A DNA stretch of 63,825 nucleotides, filler included, from Myxococcota bacterium (lineage in GTDB: Bacteria > Myxococcota > Myxococcia > Myxococcales > Myxococcaceae), in assembly GCA_049322255.1 (NCBI GenBank). It is 5 parts of 5 records of this genome, joined end to end, with 100 filler letters (N's around TTAATTAATTAA, not from the genome) between each part and the next. Parts side by side here need not be neighbours in the genome. Positions count along the whole stretch, not along the records: positions 39,523 to 52,057 come from JBMORE010000119.1; positions 52,158 to 63,825 come from JBMORE010000123.1; 3 more parts are not named here. One strand, 5' to 3'. Below the pieces are notes generated by a model. That model did no database searches. It worked only from the letters and a program-made list of their open reading frames with translations, and was not told the DNA's origin. This document shows positions 48,304 through 58,365 of this stretch, one piece after another (positions within the stretch are counted from its first letter, which is position 1; every line of letters begins with the position of its first letter). Position numbers and translations under genes: made by a program.

Positions 48304-49622
48304 CTAGCCGGTTTGGGTGGGCACGGTGACGGTGAACGTCGTCCCTTTTCCCGGAATGCTCTCCACCCGCACGTCGCCCTCCATCGCGGTCATCAGATTT
48401 TTGACGATCGACAAGCCCAGGCCGGTGCCTCCCATGTCGCGGCTGCGCCCCTTGTCGACCCGGTAGAAGCGCTCGAACACCCGCGGCAGGTGCTTGGCCT
48501 CGATACCCACGCCGGTGTCCCGCACCGACACCGCGCACCGCCCGTCGGCGGTCTGCCCGCGCACCTCCACCCGTCCGCCCCGGGGCGTGTACTTCACCGC
48601 GTTGTCCAAGAGGTTGAGCAGCACTTGCTCGATGCCGCGCGCGTCGGCTTGGGCGACCAGCTCGGTGGGCACCGAAAGCTCGAGGGTGATGCCCTTGCTC
48701 GAGGCCTTGGGGCGCACGGCCTCGGCGGCGCGCGCGGCGACCTCGGCCAAGGCGACCGGCTCGACCTGGAGCTTCTGCTCTTTGGCATCCAGCCGCGACA
48801 GCTCGAGCAGATCGCGCACCAGCTCGGAGAGGCGCTCGGACTGGCGATGGATGATCTCCACCATCTGCGGAGCGTTTTCCGGGTCACGCAAGGCGCCCTC
48901 CCGCAGCGTCTCGGCGTAGCCGCGAATGGCGGTGATCGGCGTGGCCAGCTCGTGGGAGACATTGGCCACGAAGTCTTGCCGCACTTTCTCCAAGCGGCGC
49001 AGCTCGCTCACGTCGCGAAAGACCGCCGCCGAGCCGCCCAGCTCTTTGCCTAAGGGCACCACGTCGACCGCGAGGGTGCGCGGGCGTAAGCCCTCCACGG
49101 GCACTTCCAGCCGCGCCGGCTCTGCCGCCTCGCAGGCGCGTACGACCGCCTCCTGCAGCTGGGTGCTGCGGAGCACCGCGATCGGACGCTGCCCTGTGAG
49201 CGTGGTCATCGGGTACAGAAGCTCCTGGAGCGCTGCGTTGTGGCGCACGATGGTGCCGTCGGCGGAGGTGATCCACACACCGTCGGGCATGCGGTCGAGA
49301 ACCGCGGTGAGCGTGTCGTGCGCCAAAGAGAGCTTCCGGGTTTGCTCGGCGAGCTCGTTCACCTCGCGCGCCAGCTTGCGCGTGTCGGCGTTACGGCTCG
49401 TCGGGTCGGATGACAGCTCGCGCGCCAACCCTCGGGCGGCGGTGGAAAGTGTTTCCAGGTCTGCCTGCAAGGGGCGGGTGGCGACCCACGCCACCAGCGC
49501 GCTGGCCGCTGCCGCTGCCACGCCGGCGAAAAACCCCGCCCACGAAGAGGCGGCGAGCAGGCCGGCGCCTCCGCCCACGCCGACGGCGGCGAAGCCCAGC
49601 CAGGGCAATACTCGCCGCCAGC

Positions 49623-49626
<4 letters not shown>
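48304..49626 (-). CDS. phoR: sensor histidine kinase PhoR
   Basis: 2 TM, PAS, FVANVSHEL.TP, NAVKY, FYRVDK.RSR..GGTGLGL. Confidence 0.9.
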
Positions 49627-50315
<689 letters not shown>

Positions 50316-50365
50316 GAGAGGTGCTTCCTACTTCAAACCTTTTCGTGGCATAAGCCGCTTCGTCG

Positions 50366-50692
50366 ATGAGCGCACGTGACGACAAGCGCAGGCAGCGGCG
50401 CATTCCCGTCGACCTGTGGATCGAAGTGGAGCGCGCGGGCGAGCTGTACTTCCAGCGCGCCTCCAACCTTTCGGTGGGCGGAGCGTACTTCGCCCAAACG
50501 ATTCCGCTCCCGGTGGGTACCGATGTGCAGCTGCGCTTTTCTCTGCCCGGCGAGGAACACCAGATCGCCTGTCAGGGGGAGATCGTCAACGCCAAGGAGC
50601 TGGGCATGGGCGTGCAGTTCAGCTCCATCTCCGAGGCGGACCGCGATCGCATCGAGACGCTGATCGATCGGTACGAGGCGAAGGGCGGCTGA
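50366..50692 (+). CDS. PilZ-domain protein
   Basis: RRQRR, NLSVGG, GMGVQF. Confidence 0.88.
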   Translation: MSARDDKRRQRRIPVDLWIEVERAGELYFQRASNLSVGGAYFAQTIPLPVGTDVQLRFSLPGEEHQIACQGEIVNAKELGMGVQFSSISEADRDRIETLIDRYEAKGG

Positions 50693-50694
50693 CT

Positions 50695-51189
50695 CTACGG
50701 CGTCCATCGCGGGTCGCAATGGGCCGGCGGAGAAAGCGCGGTGATGGTCGCGATCAGCTTGGCGTTGGTTCCGGCGACGATCTCCGGCTGGTAGTTGCAG
50801 GAGCTACCCACCAGCAGGGGCGGGTCGTTCTTGGAGAGCGCCTCGATCACCACCGCGAAGTCCTTGCCCGGGGCGATGCCTCTGACCACCACGTCCTGCG
50901 TGCTCACCGTGCCCGTTTGCAGCGCGACGGGGAAGACCAGCGCCCGGCGCGCCTGGCCCGCCTCATCGGTGACGCTCAAAAGCCGCGAGGGCGGAAGTTG
51001 TTGGTTCAAGCACCGAGTCTGCACCTCGACGCAGCTTAGACTTCTGCCCTCGGAGACGATCGCCACCTGAAAGCTCCCCACCAGGTCGGCGGTGGCGCGG
51101 GAGACGAAGAGCTCGAACGGCAGCTGGGAGCCCTCGAGGGGCGCTCCGCAGGCGGCGGGAGCGACCAAGAACAGCCAGAGGATTCTCAC
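50695..51189 (-). CDS. hypothetical lipoprotein
   Basis: GTG start overlapping the upstream stop; AAC lipobox-like signal. Confidence 0.7.
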   Translation of the reverse strand: MRILWLFLVAPAACGAPLEGSQLPFELFVSRATADLVGSFQVAIVSEGRSLSCVEVQTRCLNQQLPPSRLLSVTDEAGQARRALVFPVALQTGTVSTQDVVVRGIAPGKDFAVVIEALSKNDPPLLVGSSCNYQPEIVAGTNAKLIATITALSPPAHCDPRWTP

Positions 51190-52055
51190 GGCCCACCCTC
51201 GACGCGAATGGTGATGGGCAAAGAGCCGGTCTGCTTCTGGGTGGCGACGAAGACGACCCCGGCGGTGGCTCCGGCGGCGACCACTCCCGCCCCCACCCAG
51301 AGCCACGGGTTCTGGTACCAAGGCGTGCTCGCGACTGCCGGGGAGGCGACGGGGGTGGGCGGCAACACGCGGAAGGTGGACGGGCGAAAAGGGTCTCCGC
51401 GTCCGGCCAGCCGGCGCTGCGCGGCGTCAGCGACCTCGAGGTAGTACTCGATGTCGTAGGCCCGCTTCTCGGCGGGCAGCTCGAAGGCGGGAATCTGCGC
51501 GACGAACCGTTCCTGTGCGCCTTGCTCCCGCCGCAAATTCACCGAGCTGTAGGCCTGCACCCCCGCCCGGCGGTAGTACAGCTTGACCGAGGCGCCCAGT
51601 CCGACGTTCTCCACCCGGGCGGTGAGCTCCAAAGGTTGGCCGCCCTGCGTATCGAGGAGCGGGTCGACGGAGAGCGTCACCGGACGGAGGCGGCGCTTGC
51701 GAATGTCCTCCTTGATGCGCGCATAGAGTGCTTTCACCTTGGGTGGTGCGCCCTTGGGTACCTCGAAGTCCGGCCGCGCCTGCAAGAGCTTCTCGAACGC
51801 TTGGCGCGCCTTGTCCTCGTGACCCAAGTAGAGCTGGGCGAGCCCAAGCAATCGGTACAGCTCGACCAGCTGCTCGTCGGTGACGTCGGGCGAGGCCAGG
51901 CCGCGGTTCAAGGTGGAGACGGCGGCCTCGAAGTCGCCTGCGTCGAGGTGCTCCTGTGCTTGGTCCAGCTCGGGAAGGCGCGGTCCCCCTTGGGCGAGCG
52001 CTTGGCCCACCAAGCACCCGAGCGCAAGACCAACGAAGAGCCCGCACGTCCTGGC
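51186..52055 (-). CDS. TPR protein with C-terminal TM anchor, 5'-truncated
   Basis: TPR, Ig-like segment, PWYQNPWLWVGAGVVAAG. Confidence 0.75.
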   Translation of the reverse strand, partial: ARTCGLFVGLALGCLVGQALAQGGPRLPELDQAQEHLDAGDFEAAVSTLNRGLASPDVTDEQLVELYRLLGLAQLYLGHEDKARQAFEKLLQARPDFEVPKGAPPKVKALYARIKEDIRKRRLRPVTLSVDPLLDTQGGQPLELTARVENVGLGASVKLYYRRAGVQAYSSVNLRREQGAQERFVAQIPAFELPAEKRAYDIEYYLEVADAAQRRLAGRGDPFRPSTFRVLPPTPVASPAVASTPWYQNPWLWVGAGVVAAGATAGVVFVATQKQTGSLPITIRVEGGP

Positions 52056-52057
52056 GC

Positions 52058-52157
52058 NNNNNNNNNNNNNNNNNNNNNNNNNNNNNNNNNNNNNNNNNNN
52101 NTTAATTAATTAANNNNNNNNNNNNNNNNNNNNNNNNNNNNNNNNNNNNNNNNNNNN
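52058..52157. other. artificial contig spacer
   Basis: N run + TTAATTAATTAA. Confidence 0.99.
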
Positions 52158-53240
52158 CCAGCACCGCCCTTGCGACTGGGCGCCGACGTACACGTGCACC
52201 TCACGATGAAGCGCGCGCTTCCGTTCTATTCGGGCGAGCCCGGCGACGGCACCTTGGCGGAGTCTCCCCATCAGGCGCTGGTGAACCAGGTCGATCCCGC
52301 CAGCCTGCGCCGTGCGGGAGCTCGGCTGCTCTTTGCCGCGCTGTGGCCGCCCCCGGCGAGGGCGGGGCGAACGCGGTTGGATGAGGCACTGCACCAGGCG
52401 CGAGCGCTCGACGCCTTTGCTCGCCGCCGGCCGGACTTCGCCATCGCTCGCGACGCGCGTCATGCACGCGCCATCCTGGGACGCGGCCAGATCGCGCTGG
52501 TTCCGGCACTGGAGGGAGCCGAGGCGATCTCCAGCGTCGCCGACGTCGACGTCCTCGCGGCCGCCGGCTACCGCGTGATCGGCTTGGTGCACTTCATCGA
52601 CAACGAGATCGCAGACGCGCAAGACGATCAGTTTGGACCGATGTTGGGGCGGGTGCTCAACGGCCGTGACGGTGGTCTTACTGAGTTGGGGCGCTCGGCG
52701 GTGCGCCGAATGTTCGAGCTCGGGCTTTTGGTCGACCTTTCGCACGCCAGCCCGCGAACCATCGACGACGTGCTGAAGCTGGCCGAAGAGCACGGCGCGC
52801 CCCTTTTGTACTCGCATGCGGGCGCGAGCATGCATGGCCGAACGCTCAGTGACGAGCACGCGCGCCGAATCCTCGCGGGGGAAGGGGTCATCGGAATGGG
52901 CGTTTTCCGCAGCGACTTCTTGGCGCCGGTGCCCACGTCGGAACATTGGCCCGGCTATCAGCCTGACACCTGTGATGACGTCATCGCGCACTGGGCGCAC
53001 TACGCCGCGCTGGGAGACCCGCGCCGCGTGGTGCTCGGTAGCGACTTTGGCAGCGTCATCGACCGCGCCCGACCGGGTGGAGCCTGTCCCCACGGTCTAC
53101 GTAGCAGTGCCGACCTGCCGTATCTTTTCGCCGGCCTCATCGGGCGTGGCATTGCACGCGAAGCGCTCGATGGCTCTGGGGAGCTGGTGCTTCAGCTCCT
53201 CGAACGTGCTTTAGGCGACGATGGGTCTATTTCCCGGTGA
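52158..53240 (+). CDS. membrane dipeptidase (peptidase M19), probably 5'-truncated
   Basis: D.HVH, LEGA, GLT.LG, DLSH, SH, GSDF. Confidence 0.85.
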   Translation, partial: PAPPLRLGADVHVHLTMKRALPFYSGEPGDGTLAESPHQALVNQVDPASLRRAGARLLFAALWPPPARAGRTRLDEALHQARALDAFARRRPDFAIARDARHARAILGRGQIALVPALEGAEAISSVADVDVLAAAGYRVIGLVHFIDNEIADAQDDQFGPMLGRVLNGRDGGLTELGRSAVRRMFELGLLVDLSHASPRTIDDVLKLAEEHGAPLLYSHAGASMHGRTLSDEHARRILAGEGVIGMGVFRSDFLAPVPTSEHWPGYQPDTCDDVIAHWAHYAALGDPRRVVLGSDFGSVIDRARPGGACPHGLRSSADLPYLFAGLIGRGIAREALDGSGELVLQLLERALGDDGSISR

Positions 53241-54843
53241 GGGCTTCGGCGCGCACCGTTCCTTCGCTCGAGGCGGGGCAGCCGATCTCCAGGATCGATG
53301 CCACCGTGGGCGCGACGTCGACGACGGCGATCTCCTGACGGTAAAGCCCGGGCTTGACTCCCTTGCCGGCGAGGATGAGCGGCACTTGGGCGTCGTAGGA
53401 GTAGGGCGTGCCGTGGGAGGTGCCGGTGGTTTCCTCGGTGAGCACGTGGAAGGGCCGGGTCACGAACAGTACGTCGCCGCTTCGGTCGGGGTGAAACCCG
53501 AGCCGCATGCCGCGCAAGTAGCTCGGTGAGGTGTCGGCGCCGTACAAATCATCCCGGGCAACGGCATAGGCGATGTTGCCGTGCCGCGCGAGGAACGCCG
53601 CCGCGGCCCGACGTACCAAGGGCGCATCGAGCTTCTTGTCCGCCAGGGTCTTGGAGGAGAGGTAGATATCCACTTCCTCAATAGAGGCCACGTAGTCGCC
53701 AGGGCCGAAGCGAGAGGCAAGCTCCTTGTTGAGCTCCTTCTTGACCGCGTCGGGGTGCAGACGCCGGCCGTCGAGCCCGGCCGCCGTCCACTCCTCGGGT
53801 ACCGCCGCGCCGCCATGATCGGCGCTCACCACCACCAAGAGATTGGCGCGGCCCCCGGCGGCCTTGTCCGCGGCGGCGAGCAGCTCGGCGATCGACTTGT
53901 CCAAGCGGATGAGCGCATCCTGCATCTCCCAAGAATAGGGCCCGTAGAGGTGCCCCACTTTGTCGATGGCGCTGAAGCTCACCGAGAGTAAATCGGGCAC
54001 CTCGTCCTTGCCCAACCCTTCGTGCTCGATGGCCACCTTGGAGAGCTGAACCAGAAGGTCGTTCATCATCGGCGATGACCTCAGGGCCGAATAGGACTGC
54101 GGCCCCGGCCCTGGCAAACCGCCCTTGAGCGGGTGCGGGAAGACCCGGCCCAGCCCGTACCAGTCGGACTCGAACGGCCGGTCGTCTTGGCCCACGTAGT
54201 CCTTCACGGGCGCGGCGAGCGTCCATTCCTTGGAGAAGTAGGCGTCGGGCAGCTTCTTGTCGTTGAAGCCCTTCACCCACGCGGGGAACTCCTTGGCGTA
54301 CCAAGTACCGGTGACGAACTTCCCCACTCCCTCGTGAAACCACCACGCCTGCCCGAGCTTGCCCGCCAGCGCGATCGCTGCGCGCGCCTTGGTCGAGATC
54401 GCCACCGACTTTCCCCGCCCTTGCGTCGCCAGCCGCAGCCGATCGGAAAGCGTCTCCGCGAGCAGGTTCTCGGGCGACACGTCGTCGGACGACAATGGCG
54501 CCTCGAGCACCGGGTGGTTGGCGTCGGAGAAAATCCTCTCCTCTTTGCCCGAAGCTCGGTTGAAGTACTGGTTCGAGACCACGCCGTGGCGCCAGGGGTA
54601 CGCGCCTGTCGACAGCGTCGCGTGACCGGCCGCGGTGACCGTTTCAGGGTACTCGTACCGCGTGGAGGGAAAGAACGCGCCCTGGGTGAGAAGCTGCGAA
54701 AGGCCCGCTTTGAAGCGCCCGCGGTTGCGCAAGAGCACGTCGGTGCCCATCGCGTCGACGGCGATGAAGACGGTGAGACGGGGCGGCTTTCCCCAGGCAG
54801 AAGTGGCCGCGAGCAAGAAGAGAAGGAACCAGCGCTTGAGCAT
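53227..54843 (-). CDS. alkaline phosphatase / nucleotide pyrophosphatase (PafA-like)
   Basis: VDAM, T.TAAGHAT..TG, D..GH.YGP, SADHG, HGTPY.YD; signal peptide. Confidence 0.9.
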   Translation of the reverse strand: MLKRWFLLFLLAATSAWGKPPRLTVFIAVDAMGTDVLLRNRGRFKAGLSQLLTQGAFFPSTRYEYPETVTAAGHATLSTGAYPWRHGVVSNQYFNRASGKEERIFSDANHPVLEAPLSSDDVSPENLLAETLSDRLRLATQGRGKSVAISTKARAAIALAGKLGQAWWFHEGVGKFVTGTWYAKEFPAWVKGFNDKKLPDAYFSKEWTLAAPVKDYVGQDDRPFESDWYGLGRVFPHPLKGGLPGPGPQSYSALRSSPMMNDLLVQLSKVAIEHEGLGKDEVPDLLSVSFSAIDKVGHLYGPYSWEMQDALIRLDKSIAELLAAADKAAGGRANLLVVVSADHGGAAVPEEWTAAGLDGRRLHPDAVKKELNKELASRFGPGDYVASIEEVDIYLSSKTLADKKLDAPLVRRAAAAFLARHGNIAYAVARDDLYGADTSPSYLRGMRLGFHPDRSGDVLFVTRPFHVLTEETTGTSHGTPYSYDAQVPLILAGKGVKPGLYRQEIAVVDVAPTVASILEIGCPASSEGTVRAEALTGK

Positions 54844-54955
54844 GGCGGGTATCCTCTCTCTGCGTGCCTTGGGCGCAAATGACTTTCGCCTGACGGTCGG
54901 CGCGACCCTGAAGGCTGGACCTGCCAGGGCCCTGTGTTACGGTGCGCGCCTTCTC

Positions 54956-55363
54956 ATGGTCGAGGCACGCGTACGTGTCATCTATGGCGACACCGATCAG
55001 ATGGGCGTCGTCTACTACGCGAACTACTTTCGCTACTTCGAGCTGGCGCGCAGCGAGCTCTTCCGCGCCCGTGGGGGCAGCTACCGCGAGGTGGAACGGC
55101 AAGGGCTGATGCTCCCGGTGGTGGAGGCCAGCTGTAGCTACCGTGCTCCCGCGCGCTATGACGACGTGCTCACGGTGCGCACCCAGGTGAGCGAGCTAAA
55201 GCGGGCCTCGCTTTCGTTCGCGTACGAGATTCGCCGCGAGGGAGAGAGCGCGGTGCTGTGCACCGGCCGCACTGTGCACGCCTGCATCGATCGCGGTGGA
55301 AAACCCTCCCGCATCCCCGACGAGGTCGCTCAGCTTTTACGGCGAGCGGAAGCGGGCAGCTAA
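54956..55363 (+). CDS. acyl-CoA thioesterase (YbgC/FadM)
   Basis: DTDQMGVVYYANY..YFE. Confidence 0.92.
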   Translation: MVEARVRVIYGDTDQMGVVYYANYFRYFELARSELFRARGGSYREVERQGLMLPVVEASCSYRAPARYDDVLTVRTQVSELKRASLSFAYEIRREGESAVLCTGRTVHACIDRGGKPSRIPDEVAQLLRRAEAGS

Positions 55364-55381
55364 ACGAAGAGGAGACGAACG

Positions 55382-56347
55382 ATGGATCGCAACCTGGCGC
55401 TGGAGGTGGTGCGCGTGACCGAGATGGCGGCCATCGCCAGCGCGCGACTGTTGGGCCGCGGCGACAAGCATGAGTCCGACCAGGCCGCGGTGGACGCGAT
55501 GCGCAAGGCCTTCGACGCCCTGAACATCGACGGCACGGTGGTGATCGGCGAAGGAGAGCGCGACGAGGCCCCCATGCTCTACATCGGAGAGAAGGTGGGC
55601 CGCCGCTCCGATGGGGCGCCTCCAGTGGACATCGCCCTCGATCCGTTGGAAGGCACCAACCTATGCGCGTACGGCCGCCCGGGCGCGATCTCGGTGGTGG
55701 CGATCGCCGCCAAGGGCTGTTTGCTCAACGCCCCCGATACCTACATGGAGAAGATCGCCGTCGGTCCGCGCGCCAAAGGCGCCATCGACCTCTCCAAGAG
55801 CCCGACCGAGAACTTGAAGGCGATCGCCGCGAAGATGAAGGTCGAGGTGCGCGAGCTGACGGTGATCATCCTCGACCGGCCGAGGCACGAGAACCTGATC
55901 AAGGAAGTGCGTGCCACGGGCGCCCGCATTCGTCTCATCGAAGACGGCGACGTGGCTGCGGCCATCGCCACCTGCTTCGAGGAGACCGGCGTCGACGTGC
56001 TCATGGGTACCGGGGGCGCGCCCGAAGGGGTGATCGCCGCGGCGGCGCTGCGCTCGGTGGGTGGTGACATGCAGGGCCGTCTTTCCCCGCGCAACTCCGA
56101 GGAGATCGCTCGCGCGAAGAAGATGGGGGTCGACGACATCACCCGCATCTATCGGGTCGACGAGCTGGCGAAAGGAGAGGTGATGTTCGCCGCCACCGGT
56201 GTGTCCACCGGCGACTTCTTGAAGGGGGTGCGTTTCTTCGGCGGCGGTTGCGAGACGTATTCGGTGGTCATGCGCTCGAAGACCGGCACGGTGCGTTTCA
56301 TTCAAGCCACCCACCGTTTCGACCAGAAGCCCGGCTACGCTGGATAG
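55382..56347 (+). CDS. glpX: class II fructose-1,6-bisphosphatase
   Basis: VIGEGERDEAPML, DPLEGT, DGDV, GGAPEGV. Confidence 0.97.
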   Translation: MDRNLALEVVRVTEMAAIASARLLGRGDKHESDQAAVDAMRKAFDALNIDGTVVIGEGERDEAPMLYIGEKVGRRSDGAPPVDIALDPLEGTNLCAYGRPGAISVVAIAAKGCLLNAPDTYMEKIAVGPRAKGAIDLSKSPTENLKAIAAKMKVEVRELTVIILDRPRHENLIKEVRATGARIRLIEDGDVAAAIATCFEETGVDVLMGTGGAPEGVIAAAALRSVGGDMQGRLSPRNSEEIARAKKMGVDDITRIYRVDELAKGEVMFAATGVSTGDFLKGVRFFGGGCETYSVVMRSKTGTVRFIQATHRFDQKPGYAG

Positions 56348-56365
56348 CGGATATCAGGAGGCTCC

Positions 56366-56791
56366 ATGGCTGGCGCCACACGCTCGATCGTCATCAACGC
56401 TTCGATGGACAAGGTGCTCGCGGTCATCACCGACTACGAGCGCTACCCCGACTTCCTTCCCGAGGTGAAGGCCATTCGCCTTTCCCAGCGCAAGGGAAAC
56501 GAAGTGCTCGCCCACTACGAGGTCGAGCTGATGAAGCGCATCAAGTACACCCTTCGCCTCAAAGAAGAGCCGCCCAGCAAGGTCTCCTGGAGCTTCGTCG
56601 AGGGTGAGATGATGAAGGACAACAAGGGAGGCTGGACCTTGGAGGCGGCCGGGGAGGGGAGGACCAAGGCGACCTACTCCATCGAGATTGCGCTCGGGCC
56701 CTTGGTTCCCAAAACCATCGTCAACGCCCTGGTCGACACCCAGCTGCCCAAGATGCTGGAGGCCTTCAAGCAACGCATCGAGTCGAGATAG
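56366..56791 (+). CDS. SRPBCC/RatA-Coq10 family protein
   Basis: DYERYPDFLP, G.W.L. Confidence 0.88.
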   Translation: MAGATRSIVINASMDKVLAVITDYERYPDFLPEVKAIRLSQRKGNEVLAHYEVELMKRIKYTLRLKEEPPSKVSWSFVEGEMMKDNKGGWTLEAAGEGRTKATYSIEIALGPLVPKTIVNALVDTQLPKMLEAFKQRIESR

Positions 56792-57030
56792 GGCTGCCGA
56801 AGGGGGAAGCGGGCAGGCGTGGGTCGATCGCCTTGCGGGTAAGCGAGTGTCGAGTAGAATTCTTTGCAACAAAAGGGCGGTTGTCGGTGTCAAGGGTGTC
56901 AGGGTTGCCTCAGACGAGGCCAAGCCCGAAGCCCCGGCGGTCCGGGCAAGTGCCCGGAAAACCGTGGGCTGGCGCGGCGGCGGCGTGGGGTACTAGGTTT
57001 GCAACAGAAGGGCGAGGGAGAATTCACTCG

Positions 57031-57204
57031 ATGCTCGATGCCTTCATCATCGAGGAGATCAAACGCCGGGAGCGGCTCCGCAAGGAGCAGGAGCGCCCCA
57101 CCGCGGATCTGCCCGTTCCGGAGGACCGCCCCAAGCGCCGCTCCGACACCGAGGACGAAGAGCGGCCTCAGCGCGGTGTGGTGGTCATCGACCTATCCGT
57201 CTGA
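57031..57204 (+). CDS. 57-aa small protein
   Basis: RBS GAGGGAG; MLDAFIIEEIKRRE...RGVVVIDL with host-like codon usage. Confidence 0.7.
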   Translation: MLDAFIIEEIKRRERLRKEQERPTADLPVPEDRPKRRSDTEDEERPQRGVVVIDLSV

Positions 57205-58266
57205 GGGCACCAGCTCCAGCAGCTTTCTGGGGTGGTAGACGTCGGCGAAGGGGCCACGCGGAGCAAGCAGCACTTCGAGCACGCAGGTGCGCCACCGCTC
57301 GGGAATGGCTTCTTCCCCGTACAGCGCCCCCAGGAGCGCCCCGGTGATGGCGCCGTTGGTGTCCGAATCTCCGCCGCGGTTGACCACGTCGACGAGTGCC
57401 TCTTCGAAGGACTGGGTGTGAAAAAGCTCCCAGAAGGCGAGCCGTAGGCCTACGCGCACGAAGCCCGCATGGCTGAGCAAGTGGAGCTCGGGGCCATAGA
57501 GCTTGGGGTCGTCCTCCTGTGCGGCGGCGAGGTCGGCGCGAATGCATTCCAGCGCGTCGCGCACGTGCTGCACGTGGTCTTTGGCCAATCGGCCCAGCTG
57601 CGCGCCGCCGACCGAAAGATCGGCCAGCGCGCCGGCAAGGAGTAGTTTGGGCGTGGGCGGGTCGACGGAGACGAGCGCGGCGGCGATGGCTCCGTTGAGC
57701 ACCACGCAGGCGAGCTGGCAGCGCGGGTCGAAGTGGGTGAGGGCGGAGTCCTCCAGCGAGGCCTGGACGCGCGCTTTCTGGTCCTGGGCGAAGAAGACGC
57801 CGATCGGCGCGGTGCGCATGAGCGAGCCGTTGCCCGCCGACTTCCTCCCGCTCTCGATCCATGCCTCCAACGCGGCGCGCTCGCGGTGGACGCCGCCTCG
57901 GGCGAGGTCGAGCACCTGGCGGGTGAGGTTGCCGATGTCGAAGGCAATCGGCTGCCACGCGAGGTACTGCTTGAGCACCTCGTCGGCGTCGTAGCGCCCA
58001 ACAGAGCGAAGCACGCCGGCGATGCAGCACGCCATCTGCGTGTCGTCGGTGACCTGTCCGGGTTTGACCTGAAAGGGGCCGCCCCCTCGCATTTCGGTGA
58101 GCGTGCCGGTGGTCAGCTGAGGGAAGCTGGGCGCAGGCAGCGAGCGGAACTCGTGGGTGGTGCCCAGCGCGTCGCCCACCGAAAGGCCCAACAGCGCACC
58201 CCGGGCGCGAGAACGCGCCTGCGCCGGGTCGACCTGCCGGGGTGCTTTTTTCCTAGGCGGGAGCAT
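57193..58266 (-). CDS. ADP-ribosylglycohydrolase
   Basis: GDALG, TDDT, GNGSLMR, TH, GGDSDTN. Confidence 0.93.
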   Translation of the reverse strand: MLPPRKKAPRQVDPAQARSRARGALLGLSVGDALGTTHEFRSLPAPSFPQLTTGTLTEMRGGGPFQVKPGQVTDDTQMACCIAGVLRSVGRYDADEVLKQYLAWQPIAFDIGNLTRQVLDLARGGVHRERAALEAWIESGRKSAGNGSLMRTAPIGVFFAQDQKARVQASLEDSALTHFDPRCQLACVVLNGAIAAALVSVDPPTPKLLLAGALADLSVGGAQLGRLAKDHVQHVRDALECIRADLAAAQEDDPKLYGPELHLLSHAGFVRVGLRLAFWELFHTQSFEEALVDVVNRGGDSDTNGAITGALLGALYGEEAIPERWRTCVLEVLLAPRGPFADVYHPRKLLELVPSDG

Positions 58267-58365
58267 TTTGCTAAATTGTCTTACAACAACCGGCGGCCGA
58301 TGAGGCCGACAATGTGTGTAGCAAGCTTACTTGCCCCGCTGGGGCCTCTCACTCGAGGATGTTCC

